This document shows, piece by piece, positions 62,897 to 64,000 of a stretch of 64,000 bases of DNA. Origin of the DNA: Candidatus Moanibacter sp. GTDB lineage: Bacteria > Verrucomicrobiota > Verrucomicrobiia > Opitutales > UBA2987. Positions within the stretch are counted from its first letter, which is position 1, and every line of letters starts with the position of its first letter. The position numbers and the translations under genes are program-made. The DNA lies in NCBI GenBank assembly GCA_965215885.1, contig CBDCEW010000105.1:128001-192000 (forward strand), given 5' to 3'. The notes beneath the pieces were generated by a model, which saw only the letters and a program-made list of their open reading frames with translations, did no database searches and was not told the DNA's origin.

Positions 62897-64000
62897 CACT
62901 ACTGTCCGGTTGTTTTTCTAGGAACGCAGGTTAATCGATTGATAACCAACATTTTACATATGATTTCTGCTGTTTTCGACTTGAAATTGCAAAAAGCCTT
63001 GTGGACTCTCAAAAATTTCGAGGGTCCAAATCATGTATACAGGTCGATTCGTTTTTTCTCAAATCATAGATTATCTTCCGCGCCATCAGTTCCATCGTTG
63101 CGTCCAACGCTACGGAGGCGACTACAAAGTTCAAAAGTTCAGTTGCTTCGAACAATTTCTCTGCATGGGTTTTGCCGAGTTGACCTACCGGGAGAGTCTG
63201 CGCGACATCGAAACCTGCCTGCGGGCAGTACAACCAAAACTATACCACGCAGGGATTCGAAGCGGAGTATCCAAAAGCACGCTCGCCGATGCCAACGAGA
63301 AACGAGACTGGCGCAGCTACGCCGACTTTGCACAGGTCCTCATCGCAATGGCTCGTCCTTTGTATTCAAACGAGGATCTGGGCATCGACCTGGACAATAC
63401 GCTCTACGCTCTGGACTCCACCACGATCGATCTATGTCTATCACTCTTCCCGTGGGCACGTTTCCGCAAGCACAAGGGGGCGGTGAAGGTCCATACGCTT
63501 CTCGATCTCAGAGGCTCTATCCCTTATTTTATCGAGATTACCGATGGAAAAGTTCACGACGTAAACATTCTGGATCTCATCATCCCCGAGGCCGGTGCTT
63601 ACTATGTAATGGACCGAGCCTATCTGCATTACGAGCGCCTCTATCGGATCGCACAATGCGGTTCTTTCTTCGTCACACGCGCCCGCCGCGGCTTTCAGTT
63701 TCGCCGCCTCTACTCTCAAAAGGTCGACAAATCAACCGGTCTGCGTTCGGACCAGACCGTTGCCCTGGTCAGCTTCTATCCTGCCAAGGCCTACCCCGAA
63801 AGACTCCGGCGTATCACTTACCTCGACCCCGACAGTTCCGAGCGCTTCGTGTTTCTCACCAACCAGTTTGCCCTCCCAGCCATAATCATCACCCAGATTT
63901 ACCGTTTACGCTGGCAGATCGAATTGTTCTTCAAATGGATCAAACAGCACTTGCGCATCAAGAGCTTTTTCGGCACCTCCGAGAATGCTGTGAAGACTCA
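62897..64000 (+). mobile_element. IS4-family insertion sequence, partial
   Basis: Candidate left end CACTACTGTCCGGTTG followed by a transposase ORF. Confidence 0.8.
63033..64000 (+). CDS. IS4 family transposase with DUF4372-type N-terminus; runs off the window and is absent from the ORF track
   Basis: MYTGRFVFSQ…LTYRESLRDIE…ALDSTTID…MDRAY…YRLRWQIELFFKWIKQHL. Confidence 0.92.
   Translation, partial: MYTGRFVFSQIIDYLPRHQFHRCVQRYGGDYKVQKFSCFEQFLCMGFAELTYRESLRDIETCLRAVQPKLYHAGIRSGVSKSTLADANEKRDWRSYADFAQVLIAMARPLYSNEDLGIDLDNTLYALDSTTIDLCLSLFPWARFRKHKGAVKVHTLLDLRGSIPYFIEITDGKVHDVNILDLIIPEAGAYYVMDRAYLHYERLYRIAQCGSFFVTRARRGFQFRRLYSQKVDKSTGLRSDQTVALVSFYPAKAYPERLRRITYLDPDSSERFVFLTNQFALPAIIITQIYRLRWQIELFFKWIKQHLRIKSFFGTSENAVKT

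Overview
A 64-kb bacterial chromosomal window. Gene content and repeat style suggest Verrucomicrobiota (Opitutales-like), but this is an inference. It is mostly housekeeping genes: MoxR/Bat operon, ffs-dnaX, coaC, leuA with a Leu-rich leader, Mla/Pqi transporter, recD2, two nupC, kamA-family, kdsB, rpsB-tsf, tRNA-fMet, metB-like, eda, murA-ruvB, folE2, rlmI-like and lptF/G. Over this lies a dense layer of mobile and palindromic DNA. (1) Two near-identical 1894-bp ISAs1-family elements whose transposase carries an N-terminal DUF4338 domain with Mom/GNAT-like motifs and needs a -1 frameshift to gain its catalytic Glu. One copy sits inside a MITE with a 10-bp target duplication; the other has no duplication and joins two truncated genes. 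(2) CTAG-bounded hairpin MITEs that mostly overlap TAG stop codons. (3) A small GIY-YIG nuclease pseudogene flanked by tRNA-fMet and a degenerate tRNA 3' half. (4) Recurrent ~17-20-nt hairpin micro-inserts, a loop-less 50-bp palindrome, other REP-like families, and an IS4 transposase running off the right end. The first 5 kb is a decayed region with several frameshifted or truncated genes. No CRISPR array or rRNA was seen.
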